Shown here: positions 8,871 through 17,765 of the stretch, in pieces
How positions within the stretch are numbered: position 1 is the first letter of the stretch
How the letters are laid out: each line of letters starts with the position of its first letter
Assembly: GCA_903958995.1 (NCBI GenBank)
Contig: CAJBVG010000182.1
Coordinates: 1-33,542 of the forward strand
DNA length: 33,542 nt
Reading direction: 5' to 3'
Source: an uncultured bacterium
GTDB taxonomy: Bacteria; Bacteroidota; Bacteroidia; Sphingobacteriales; Sphingobacteriaceae
Position numbers and translations under genes: made by a program
The notes under the pieces: generated by a model
Databases searched by the model: none
What the model saw: the letters and a program-made list of their open reading frames with translations, nothing else
What the model was told of the DNA's origin: nothing

Positions 8871-9205
8871 CCTTAACTTCGCTGCGCTACGTTCGGGGAC
8901 CAATCATTTTACATTTCATAGCAGACTTGCAAAACCCCATCTCCCGATATCTATCGGGATTCGCTACGCTACCCTGCGTGGCGCAGACAGGGTTCGGGGA
9001 CCAATCATTTATCATCAGACTTGCAAAACCCCTCAACTTCGCTGCGCTACGTTCGGGGACCAATCATTTTATTCATTTATTTAAAAGTAGAAAGGGGATA
9101 TTTGAACTATGTTCAAATATCCCCTTTCTACTTTTATTTTATTTTTTTCTGAAGCTATATATAATTTATCGGTCCCCGAACGTAGCGTAGCGAAGTTGAG
9201 GGGCG
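8871..9205. repeat. Composite of GC-rich dispersed-repeat modules (direct copies plus one inverted copy), MITE-like
   Basis: AACTTCGCTGCGCTACGTTCGGGGACCAATCATTTT occurs at 8875-8910 and 9035-9070. CAGACTTGCAAAACCCC occurs at 8922-8938 and 9017-9033. There is a partial GGTTCGGGGACCAATCATTT at 8991-9010. The inverted copy at 9171-9203 matches 9029-9061 at 32/33 positions. Confidence 0.85.
9083..9146. terminator. Bidirectional terminator: perfect 25-bp stem with a 3-nt loop, followed by a T-rich tail
   Basis: AAAAGTAGAAAGGGGATATTTGAAC-tat-GTTCAAATATCCCCTTTCTACTTTT (9083-9135), then ATTTTATTTTTTT. It lies between convergent genes. Confidence 0.8.
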
Positions 9206-9210
9206 GTTAA

Positions 9211-10377
9211 TTATAGCACCAGTTTCTTCATCACCACTTCTTCCCCATTCATAATTTGAATGATGTGGATTCCGCTAGAAAGGTTGTTGGTATTGATGTT
9301 TACCGATTGGTATCCTTCTACTAAGTTTACTTGTTGTGAAGCGATTGTTCTTCCGCTTAAATCTGTTACACGAATTGAAGTAGATGTTGCTGATGGTGAA
9401 TAAATATTCAAATCGATATTACCTGCTTCTGTATTTGAATTAACCGAAGTTAAAGACAATTTACCAGTCATGTTTACTGCAACTGGTGCAAACGTTTCCG
9501 AAGCTCCGTTGAAATCTACTTGTGTTAAACGGTAGTAAGATGTACCTTTTAAAGGAGTAGCATCTACTACATTGTATGAATTAATTTCTCTGCTATTTCC
9601 AGCACCTTTTACTTCCGATACTAATTCAAAATTTTCTCCATCTGCCGAACGCTCGATGATAAATTTATCATTGTTAATTTCTGTAGCCGTTACCCAATTC
9701 AATTTTACTTTCTCTGAGATTTCATCTGCAGTGAATTTTATAAGGGAGATTGGAAGTGTACCACTCCAAGTAATTGAAATATCATCTAATGCTATTCCAT
9801 CTCTACTTCCAGATCCTGAAATTTCAGTGTAATTCCATCTTAAGTAAACTGTACTTGAACTATTATCTATAGCTGAAATATCTATATTGCTATAATTTGT
9901 AGATGTTCCTTCAGCTATTATTCCAGATTCATATGTGCCACCTGCAACAGCTGTAAATCCAGATGTTGCAGATGTTGTGCTATACTCCAAATTAAAGGAA
10001 TTACTTCTGCCTTGTTCTCTAACTTTTGTAACATTATAACTAATTTTAAAACTTGTTCCTAAAAAAGTATGACCAATTGCAAGAACAATTGAGCTTGGAA
10101 CGAAAGCTGAACCGCTACCTAACAATCCTATATTGCTTGTAAAATTGTAATTTCCCCCAGTTGTACTGGATGAAGTCCCTGTTGCCATAGTACCATCAAA
10201 AGTCGAAGCTTGATTATAAGAACCCCAACCAGTCGGATATGTTGTGCCAGCAGCTCCAGGAGTAGTATTAAAATTTTGAGAGTATGGAGAACTTATAGGC
10301 AATGTTAATGTTGTTTGAGCATTTACCCAACCTACAGTTGCGGTTATAATCGTTAATAGTGTAAAAATTTTCTTCAT
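9211..10377 (-). CDS. Secreted T9SS substrate: jelly-roll/MAM-like N-domain, FN3-like domain, Por_Secre_tail C-terminal domain
   Basis: Signal peptide MKKIFTLLTIITATVGWVNAQ. FN3-like module (KLNWVTATEINNDKFIIERSADGENFE...YYRLTQVDFNG). T9SS C-terminal domain (IRVTDLSGRTI...GIHIIQIMNGEEVVMKKLVL). Start set at ATG 10377. Confidence 0.85.
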   Translation of the reverse strand: MKKIFTLLTIITATVGWVNAQTTLTLPISSPYSQNFNTTPGAAGTTYPTGWGSYNQASTFDGTMATGTSSSTTGGNYNFTSNIGLLGSGSAFVPSSIVLAIGHTFLGTSFKISYNVTKVREQGRSNSFNLEYSTTSATSGFTAVAGGTYESGIIAEGTSTNYSNIDISAIDNSSSTVYLRWNYTEISGSGSRDGIALDDISITWSGTLPISLIKFTADEISEKVKLNWVTATEINNDKFIIERSADGENFELVSEVKGAGNSREINSYNVVDATPLKGTSYYRLTQVDFNGASETFAPVAVNMTGKLSLTSVNSNTEAGNIDLNIYSPSATSTSIRVTDLSGRTIASQQVNLVEGYQSVNINTNNLSSGIHIIQIMNGEEVVMKKLVL

Positions 10378-10423
10378 ATGGGTATTTTTTAGAGAGATTA
10401 CATTTAGTTTAAAAATCAATATA

Positions 10424-10431
10424 CAAATATA
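10424..10431 (-). promoter_or_regulatory. Candidate -7 box (TATATTTG on the minus strand)
   Basis: Matches TAnnTTTG, 46 nt upstream of ATG 10377. Confidence 0.3.
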
Positions 10432-10487
10432 AAGTCCTGAAATGCAAGGGGTGTTAGGAAAATGTTAATAAAATGTGAAAATATACA

Positions 10488-10528
10488 TCCCGATAGCTAT
10501 CGGGAGCGTAAATCCCGCATAAGCGGGA
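10488..10528. repeat. Two GC-rich mini-palindromes (TCCCGATAGCTATCGGGA; TCCCGC-ataa-GCGGGA)
   Basis: The first (10488-10505) is a near-identical copy of TCCCGATATCTATCGGGA at 8942-8959. Confidence 0.8.
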
Positions 10529-10534
10529 CAAGTA

Positions 10535-10601
10535 GTGCAGATGCGAAGATGTGCAGATGTGCAAATTGAATCTGCACATTTGCATATTTACGCATTTGCA
10601 C
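10535..10601. repeat. Inverted pair of 8-nt tandem arrays (GYGMARAT x 4, tga, ATYTRCRY x 4)
   Basis: gtgcagat|gcgaagat|gtgcagat|gtgcaaat|tga|atctgcac|atttgcat|atttacgc|atttgcac. Same word family as 6227-6314. It ends 6 nt before the stop of the 10608 gene. Confidence 0.9.
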
Positions 10602-10607
10602 ATCTAT

Positions 10608-11093
10608 TTAGCGTAGGCGATCGGCCGATTTCACCAATTCTTCGTCCTTTTTGATGGCTCTGGCGGCTAGGGCGGTTAAAACAACGGCAATACTTGGGAA
10701 TACCACGGCCAAGCCGGTTACAATGTTCATTACTCCTTCGGCATTTACCGTTTTATAGGCAGAAGTAAGCATGGTAGTAATTAATGCGAAAATGAGCATA
10801 ATCATTACTCGTGCTAAGCGTAATTGCTTTTTGCGGTTATTAAATTGAAATACGGTAACCAATAAGCCTAAACCAATGGCTAAAGTCATTACACTTTTGG
10901 CATAATTAGGTTTCGCTAATACATATTCGTTAGTGGTTGCTTCTTTTTCAAATCGACCTTGAATAGTCAATTTTACTTCTTTAATGGTAGCATCCGGTTG
11001 TTTCTCCACGAAAGTATAAATCGGAAAGAAATACATCATCGCTAAAGCTACCGATGCGAGGAATAAGTAGATGGTTTGGATTCTTTGAATCAT
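10608..11093 (-). CDS. DUF4293-like integral membrane protein
   Basis: 161 aa, starting MIQRIQTIYLFLASVALAMMYFFPIY, with four predicted TM helices. Confidence 0.7.
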   Translation of the reverse strand: MIQRIQTIYLFLASVALAMMYFFPIYTFVEKQPDATIKEVKLTIQGRFEKEATTNEYVLAKPNYAKSVMTLAIGLGLLVTVFQFNNRKKQLRLARVMIMLIFALITTMLTSAYKTVNAEGVMNIVTGLAVVFPSIAVVLTALAARAIKKDEELVKSADRLR

Positions 11094-11096
11094 CTT

Positions 11097-11187
11097 GAGT
11101 TATGAGTTATGAATTGTGAGTTGTGAGTTGAATTATGAATTGTAAATTTTAACTCACAACTCATAATTCACAATTTACAATTAGTAT
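11097..11187. repeat. 7-nt phase-locked array (13 units) with inverted arms (GAGTTRT... / ...CTCAYAA)
   Basis: gagttat|gagttat|gaattgt|gagttgt|gagttga|attatga|attgtaa|attttaa|ctcacaa|ctcataa|ttcacaa|tttacaa|ttagtat. It fills the whole spacer between the start at 11093 and the eno stop at 11188. Confidence 0.95.
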
Positions 11188-12477
<1,290 letters not shown>

Positions 12478-12482
12478 CTAGC

Positions 12483-12610
12483 TAAATTTTAAATTGTAAA
12501 TTTTAAATTGTAATTTATTGTATTAACATATTAATCTAAGTTGTAAGTTATTTCATTAACATATTATCCTATTAACATATTAACATATTATCCTATTAAC
12601 ATATTATCCA
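12483..12610. repeat. Compound array: TAAATTK x 5 (7 nt), AAGTTRT x 2, then ATTAACAT/ATTATCCT x 7 (8 nt)
   Basis: 7-nt units run from 12483 to 12517. There is an ATTAACAT|ATTAATCT pair at 12522-12537. 8-nt units run from 12555 to 12610, and the last unit contains the carA stop (12604-12606). Confidence 0.9.
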
Positions 12611-13701
12611 AGCAAACGAACGAAGTCATCAAATAAGTAACGTGAATCATGTGGGCCTGGAGATGATTCTGGGTGATACTGTACCGAGAATGCTTTCTTG
12701 CCTTTAACACGAATTCCTTCAATACTTTGATCGTTCAAATTCACGTGAGTGATTTCCACTTTATCCGATGCATGAACATCTTCTGGGATAACGCCAAAGC
12801 CGTGATTTTGTGATGTAATCTCGCAATGATTTTGAATAATATTTTTTACCGGGTGGTTTAATCCGCGGTGACCGTTAAACATTTTATGTGTGCGGATGTC
12901 GTTTGCTAAAGCCAATAATTGGTGACCTAAACAAATGCCGAATAAAGGTTGATCATCTGCCAACACTTGTTTTACTGTTTCAATAGCGTAAGGCATTGCC
13001 GATGGATCGCCAGGACCGTTAGAAATGAAGTATCCATTCGGTTTCCAAGCTTTCATTTCTTCGTAAGTAGTTTTCGCTGGGAATACTTTTACAAATACAT
13101 CGCGTTCTGCGAAACATCTTAATATATTTTTCTTTACCCCTAAGTCTAATACAGCAACACGGTAGGTTGCATTTTCATCACCAAAAAAGTAAGGTTCTTT
13201 TGTACTTACTTCCGATGATAATTCTAAACCATCCATAGATGGTACAGAAGCTAATCTTTTCTTCAACTCTTCTACATCTAAAATTTCAGAAGAGATGATG
13301 GCATTCATCGCACCTTTATCGCGAATGTGGCGAACCAATTGGCGAGTATCGATATCGGAGATACCTACGATATTATCATTTAAAAAATAATCTTGAATAG
13401 ATTCATCGGCCATTTTGCGAGAATAGTTCATGTTGAAATTCTTACAAACCAAACCGGCAATTTTTATGCTATCCGATTCTACTTCTTCATGGCTAATTCC
13501 ATAATTCCCGATGTGGGCATTGGTGGTCACCATAATTTGTCCGAAGTAAGAAGGGTCAGTAAAAATCTCTTGGTAGCCTGTCATTCCGGTGTTAAAACAG
13601 ATCTCGCCAGTAGTGGTTCCAATTTTACCTGCCGATTTACCGTGAAATACGGTTCCGTCTATTAAAACTAATACTGCTGGGATCTTTGCAATTTCTGCCA
13701 T
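12604..13701 (-). CDS. carA: Carbamoyl-phosphate synthase small (glutaminase) subunit
   Basis: The GICLGHQ active-site Cys motif and the HPE(S) motif, with full-length similarity to CarA. Confidence 0.95.
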   Translation of the reverse strand: MAEIAKIPAVLVLIDGTVFHGKSAGKIGTTTGEICFNTGMTGYQEIFTDPSYFGQIMVTTNAHIGNYGISHEEVESDSIKIAGLVCKNFNMNYSRKMADESIQDYFLNDNIVGISDIDTRQLVRHIRDKGAMNAIISSEILDVEELKKRLASVPSMDGLELSSEVSTKEPYFFGDENATYRVAVLDLGVKKNILRCFAERDVFVKVFPAKTTYEEMKAWKPNGYFISNGPGDPSAMPYAIETVKQVLADDQPLFGICLGHQLLALANDIRTHKMFNGHRGLNHPVKNIIQNHCEITSQNHGFGVIPEDVHASDKVEITHVNLNDQSIEGIRVKGKKAFSVQYHPESSPGPHDSRYLFDDFVRLLG

Positions 13702-13721
13702 TTTTAATTCTTTTTAAGCAT

Positions 13722-13750
13722 AAAAAAAGCCTTGTAAACTAATACAAAGC
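13722..13750 (-). promoter_or_regulatory. Terminator-like hairpin plus U7 in the carA 5' leader (candidate attenuator)
   Basis: On the minus strand: GCTTTGTA-ttagtt-TACAAGGC followed by TTTTTTT, ending 20 nt before the carA ATG. The stem pairs better on the minus strand (G-U) than on the plus strand (C-A mismatch). No upstream minus-strand gene exists for it to terminate, because panB is divergent. Confidence 0.4.
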
Positions 13751-13912
13751 CTCAGGATTCATTGAAAACGAGCATTTTTGAAGAGAATTCTTCTCAACCC
13801 TTGTAACAAAGATTGTATTGATGTACATTTTCATTGCTTGCAAAGGTAAGAAAAATCAGAGAATCGTGTAAGCATTTTTTGAAAGATTGAAAATTTAGTG
13901 GACTTTTGTAAC

Positions 13913-14728
13913 ATGTCAGTACACAAAGAAGTAAAAAGAGTGACCACGCATGTGATTCAGGAAATGAAAAACAGTGGGGAAAAAATCGCGATGCTTACCG
14001 CATACGATTATTCTACAGCCCTAATTTTAGATGAAGCAGGGATTGATATTTTACTTGTAGGCGATTCGGCCTCGAATGTGATGGCTGGACATGAAACCAC
14101 CCTTCCTATTACACTTGATCAAATGATTTACCATGCCGCTTCGGTAGTGCGTGGTGTGAGTAGAGCATTGGTGGTGGTTGATTTACCTTTCGGTTCTTAC
14201 CAAGGAAATTCTAAAGAAGCATTACAGTCCTCTATTCGTATTATGAAAGAATCGGGCGGACATGCCGTGAAATTAGAAGGTGGCGCAGAAGTGCGTGAAT
14301 CAGTAGAACGTATTATTTCAGCTGGTGTACCAGTAATGGGACATTTGGGTTTAACTCCACAATCTATCTATAAATTCGGAACCTATACCGTTCGTGCTAA
14401 AGAAGAAGCAGAAGCTAATAAACTTATTGAAGATGCATTAGTGCTTCAAGAAGCTGGTTGTTTTGCTTTAGTACTCGAAAAGATTCCAGCAGAATTAGCG
14501 AAGAAAGTTACCGAGCAATTAAGCATCCCTGTAATAGGTATTGGCGCAGGCCCTCATGTAGATGGACAAGTACTTGTAGTAAATGATTTACTTGGCATTA
14601 CAAAAGGTTTCAAACCTCGTTTCTTACGTCAGTATTTGAATTTATACGAAGCAATTAATGGCGCCGTGAAATCGTATATCGGTGATGTGAAGTCGAAGGA
14701 TTTTCCGAATGAGAAAGAACAGTATTAA
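13913..14728 (+). CDS. panB: 3-methyl-2-oxobutanoate hydroxymethyltransferase
   Basis: [10 protein letters not shown]...LVGDS...VKLEGG motifs. Start set at the first ATG (13913); the tracked ORF begins at an upstream GTG. Confidence 0.93.
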   Translation: MSVHKEVKRVTTHVIQEMKNSGEKIAMLTAYDYSTALILDEAGIDILLVGDSASNVMAGHETTLPITLDQMIYHAASVVRGVSRALVVVDLPFGSYQGNSKEALQSSIRIMKESGGHAVKLEGGAEVRESVERIISAGVPVMGHLGLTPQSIYKFGTYTVRAKEEAEANKLIEDALVLQEAGCFALVLEKIPAELAKKVTEQLSIPVIGIGAGPHVDGQVLVVNDLLGITKGFKPRFLRQYLNLYEAINGAVKSYIGDVKSKDFPNEKEQY

Positions 14729-14795
14729 TCGAATTTGCGAATTTGCGAACTTGCAAATTTGCGAAGGGTCGAATTGTAGAAGGGTCGAATTGTAG
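14729..14795. repeat. 8-nt phase-locked array exactly filling the stop-to-stop spacer of a convergent gene pair
   Basis: tcgaattt|gcgaattt|gcgaactt|gcaaattt|gcgaaggg|tcgaattg|tagaaggg|tcgaattg|tag. It includes a 16-nt duplication and belongs to the NNNGCGAA family seen at 5085-5148. Confidence 0.95.
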
Positions 14796-16844
14796 TTAAT
14801 TAGAATTTTGACTGATTCTTATCTTTATCACTTCTGAATTGTTAAGTTTCAAGAAATATAATCCATTCGGATAAGACTGAATATTAATTCTGGTAGTATT
14901 ATTTTCAATAGCAATATTTTGAAGTGCTCGGCCAGTTAAATCATATAGTTTTGCTTGGGTAGGTATGCCTGAGTTGTTCTTTATTGTGATAACATCACTT
15001 GCTGGATTGGGGAATATTGAAAAGGCAGATTGCTTTTCAGTATTTATCCCAAGATCATTAATTATGAAGATATTCATGCTGTCTACAGTCCTATTGCCTG
15101 CTGCATCTTCAGCCCAAACGGTTAGCCTATACTCGCCATCTACATAAAGTTTTGTATTGAAATTTTCACTTTCATCACTTAATGTAATCGTATCGTCGCC
15201 ATTGGAATTGGTAAGCACATGATAAAAAATACGATCGTTATAATTGCCTGTCGACATACAAGTTGCATCTCTTGCATACATCGTATTAATAATGTCCTGT
15301 ATATAAGGTCCACTAAAATAGGTGTCGTTAAACATATTGAAATTGAAAGACTCTTTTGCGTAAAGTATAGAGTCTGGCTTACTTGCTGTCGAAATTTTAA
15401 AGCCAGTTTTATGAACATCCACTTGCCAAAAGGTATTGATTTGGTCATACACTTTTGAAACAATATCTACTTTACCAAACACCACATCGCCTGGAAAATA
15501 ATCCTTAGTTAATTCATCTCTAAACGCAAATTTGAAACCAGGAAGAACTTCTTCAAAAACAGGAGCTGTAGTATCTACAAAATTCTCCATGTAGTATAAT
15601 GGGTTATCGAAAGTCCACCAGGAACCGTTCCATTGTGAACCCGCATCAACTATACGAGCAAAATGACAATGAACAAAACCCGTTACGGGGAAATCGACTA
15701 ATTGCCCAATCACTTCCCCTTCTAGAACGGAATCACCAACCCCAACGGGAATAAGGTTTGCATCGAGGTGTGCATACAAATAACCTTGAGAAGAATCGGA
15801 TGTATTTTGATTTGCAATGGCTATTCTCCAATGGTATGCACCACTCGTGGTGAGTATTGCTTTAATAAAACCTTTTTTTACGGAATGAACATTTTGCAGA
15901 TTTACGCCAAACAAATCTACCCCTGGATGCAAATAAGTATCTCCTTGAGAATACTCTTGAATTTCGTTGTATGAATTACCGATTGCTTGATAACTCGAAT
16001 CATTTGTAAAATCAACTGGATTCAAAAAAGATTCGTTATCGAGTGTATTAAACTTTTCGTTTTTATGCTTTATAGATTTTGCTTGAGCTGCAATAATTCT
16101 AGGATAGCTTACACTCTGTAATGTGTTCCAATCTGAAAAGGTACGAGTACTTATTAAGTTGAATATGTATTCTGTATTACTTGATTCCTTTTCAGAAATA
16201 TAAAACACATCGTTCATTTTCTTCACTTCAAAAATGGATTTCGATGAATTGTAAATTTCTTTAATCTCATTTTTAGCTAAAGCATATATTTTATTTTTAG
16301 CAATGAAATAAGGAGTATTATTTTTTTGAATAACATCGACTACTAATGAAGACGAATGCTCGCTAAGACCATTGGAATGCATCGTATTATCAACCGTATT
16401 CACATAAGACAAGGTTCCATTATTATGCACCACAAATAAAGCTGAAGCAGGATAAGCTTGTTCTTCAAAAGAACTTAAATTTAAAACAACCACTACTCCC
16501 CTATTATAAAATGCTGCGAAATTTTTATCCTCCGATAATTTAATATTTATAGTTTGATTGTATTTTTTATGAAATACTTCTTTCCCATTTTCAGTATATC
16601 CATAAAGTTGAGAAATACCATTCTCATAATTTCCATCTACACTTAAAAACCCATTTGCTGTTTCAAACAATGCATTGCCTTTAAATTTTTTATATTGAAA
16701 ATCTATTTCAAATGCATTATTAACCATACCTACAGCATAGTCGAAATTCGATTCTGGAAGCACAATATGCCCAGCTTTATTAAGCTTTTGAGCAGAAAGC
16801 AGAAGAGGGAATATGCAACAGAATAAGGCTACTAATTTTTTCAT
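14796..16844 (-). CDS. Secreted M23/LytM-family metallopeptidase-domain protein with a T9SS C-terminal domain
   Basis: Signal peptide MKKLVALFCCIFPLLLSAQ. The HxxxD motif (LHPGVD) and HxH motif (VHCHF) are in M23 order. C-terminal domain FSIFPNPASDVITIKN...GLYFLKLNNSEVIKIRI. Confidence 0.75.
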   Translation of the reverse strand: MKKLVALFCCIFPLLLSAQKLNKAGHIVLPESNFDYAVGMVNNAFEIDFQYKKFKGNALFETANGFLSVDGNYENGISQLYGYTENGKEVFHKKYNQTINIKLSEDKNFAAFYNRGVVVVLNLSSFEEQAYPASALFVVHNNGTLSYVNTVDNTMHSNGLSEHSSSLVVDVIQKNNTPYFIAKNKIYALAKNEIKEIYNSSKSIFEVKKMNDVFYISEKESSNTEYIFNLISTRTFSDWNTLQSVSYPRIIAAQAKSIKHKNEKFNTLDNESFLNPVDFTNDSSYQAIGNSYNEIQEYSQGDTYLHPGVDLFGVNLQNVHSVKKGFIKAILTTSGAYHWRIAIANQNTSDSSQGYLYAHLDANLIPVGVGDSVLEGEVIGQLVDFPVTGFVHCHFARIVDAGSQWNGSWWTFDNPLYYMENFVDTTAPVFEEVLPGFKFAFRDELTKDYFPGDVVFGKVDIVSKVYDQINTFWQVDVHKTGFKISTASKPDSILYAKESFNFNMFNDTYFSGPYIQDIINTMYARDATCMSTGNYNDRIFYHVLTNSNGDDTITLSDESENFNTKLYVDGEYRLTVWAEDAAGNRTVDSMNIFIINDLGINTEKQSAFSIFPNPASDVITIKNNSGIPTQAKLYDLTGRALQNIAIENNTTRINIQSYPNGLYFLKLNNSEVIKIRISQNSN

Positions 16845-16863
16845 TCTTCAAGATAATATAAAA

Positions 16864-17010
16864 AATTAGGAATTAGGAATTAGGAATTAGGAATTTGCAC
16901 TATAGAAAAAGGACTATGGACATCGGACAAGGGACAATGGACAAAGTAAGATATCCAGTCACCAGTCACTAGTCACCAGTTACCGCTAAATAGTCACCAG
17001 TCACCATAAA
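16864..17010. repeat. 21-unit heptamer array in a single phase with drifting words (AATTAGG x 4, then ACWNNGG x 5, then CCAGTCA-type x 7)
   Basis: I read the units one by one from 16864 to 17010 without any phase slip. Confidence 0.95.
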
Positions 17011-17022
17011 TTTGTACATTTG
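17007..17022 (+). promoter_or_regulatory. Two adjacent TAnnTTTG boxes (TAAATTTG, TACATTTG) upstream of the RluA-family gene
   Basis: The second box ends 4 nt before ATG 17027, the same geometry as at truA. Confidence 0.4.
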
Positions 17023-17026
17023 CGCT

Positions 17027-17692
17027 ATGAACATATTCTACGAGGATAATCACCTCATTGCTATAAACAAACCAGCGGGTACTCTTGTGCAGGTGGATAA
17101 TACTGGAGATACATCTTTAGAGATTTTGGTAAAGGATTACATCAAGGTACAATACAACAAACCGGGTGAAGTGTTTTTAGGGGTAATACATCGCATCGAT
17201 CGTCCCGTTAGTGGATTGGTATTGATGGCGAGAACGAGTAAAGCTTTAGAGCGTGTTAACAAATCGTTTAAAGATCGTGAAGTTCAGAAAACCTATTTAG
17301 CAGTAGTTAGAAATAAACCTGCGTTAGAAGAAGGCACACTTGTTCATTGGTTAACAAGAGATACAGTGAAAGGCGTTACCAAAGCACATAACAAAGAAGT
17401 CAACGGTTCCCAACGTGCCGAACTTAGCTATAAATTATTGTCGGAAATAAATGGTTTTTATCTATTAGAAATAAAACCGATAACAGGAAGAACGCATCAA
17501 ATTCGCGTACAACTTTCTAGCATGAATTGCCCCATTGTAGGTGATAATAAATATGGATATCCTAGAGCCAATAAAGATCGTAGCATTTGCTTGCATTCTT
17601 ACAAACTAGCTTTCAACCATCCCGTTACCAAAGAACGCATGGAACTACAAGCGGATTTACCGGAAGATGCTTTTTGGCAGAAATTTAGGTAA
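17027..17692 (+). CDS. RluA-family pseudouridine synthase (no S4 domain)
   Basis: The HRIDRPVSGLVL catalytic-Asp motif and ...GRTHQIRVQL. Start set at the first ATG (17027); the tracked ORF begins at TTG. Confidence 0.9.
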   Translation: MNIFYEDNHLIAINKPAGTLVQVDNTGDTSLEILVKDYIKVQYNKPGEVFLGVIHRIDRPVSGLVLMARTSKALERVNKSFKDREVQKTYLAVVRNKPALEEGTLVHWLTRDTVKGVTKAHNKEVNGSQRAELSYKLLSEINGFYLLEIKPITGRTHQIRVQLSSMNCPIVGDNKYGYPRANKDRSICLHSYKLAFNHPVTKERMELQADLPEDAFWQKFR

Positions 17693-17765
17693 CTGGTGAC
17701 TGGTAGCTGGTAACTGGTAACTGATAAACAAATATTTCGAGTTACGAACTACGAGTTACGAGGTA
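17693..17765. repeat. 7-nt phase-locked array exactly filling a stop-to-stop spacer (CTGGTRA x 5, then TTACGAG-type x 4)
   Basis: ctggtga|ctggtag|ctggtaa|ctggtaa|ctgataa|acaaata|tttcgag|ttacgaa|ctacgag|ttacgag|gta. The first words are the reverse complement of the array upstream of the same gene. Confidence 0.95.

Noticed and set aside
8866-9190. Two overlapping ORFs (72 and 87 aa) with the repeated peptide NFAALRSGTNHF
   Set aside because: The peptide repetition simply mirrors DNA-level dispersed repeats and palindromes. The ORFs cross a 25-bp-stem terminator, so this region is non-coding repeat sequence.
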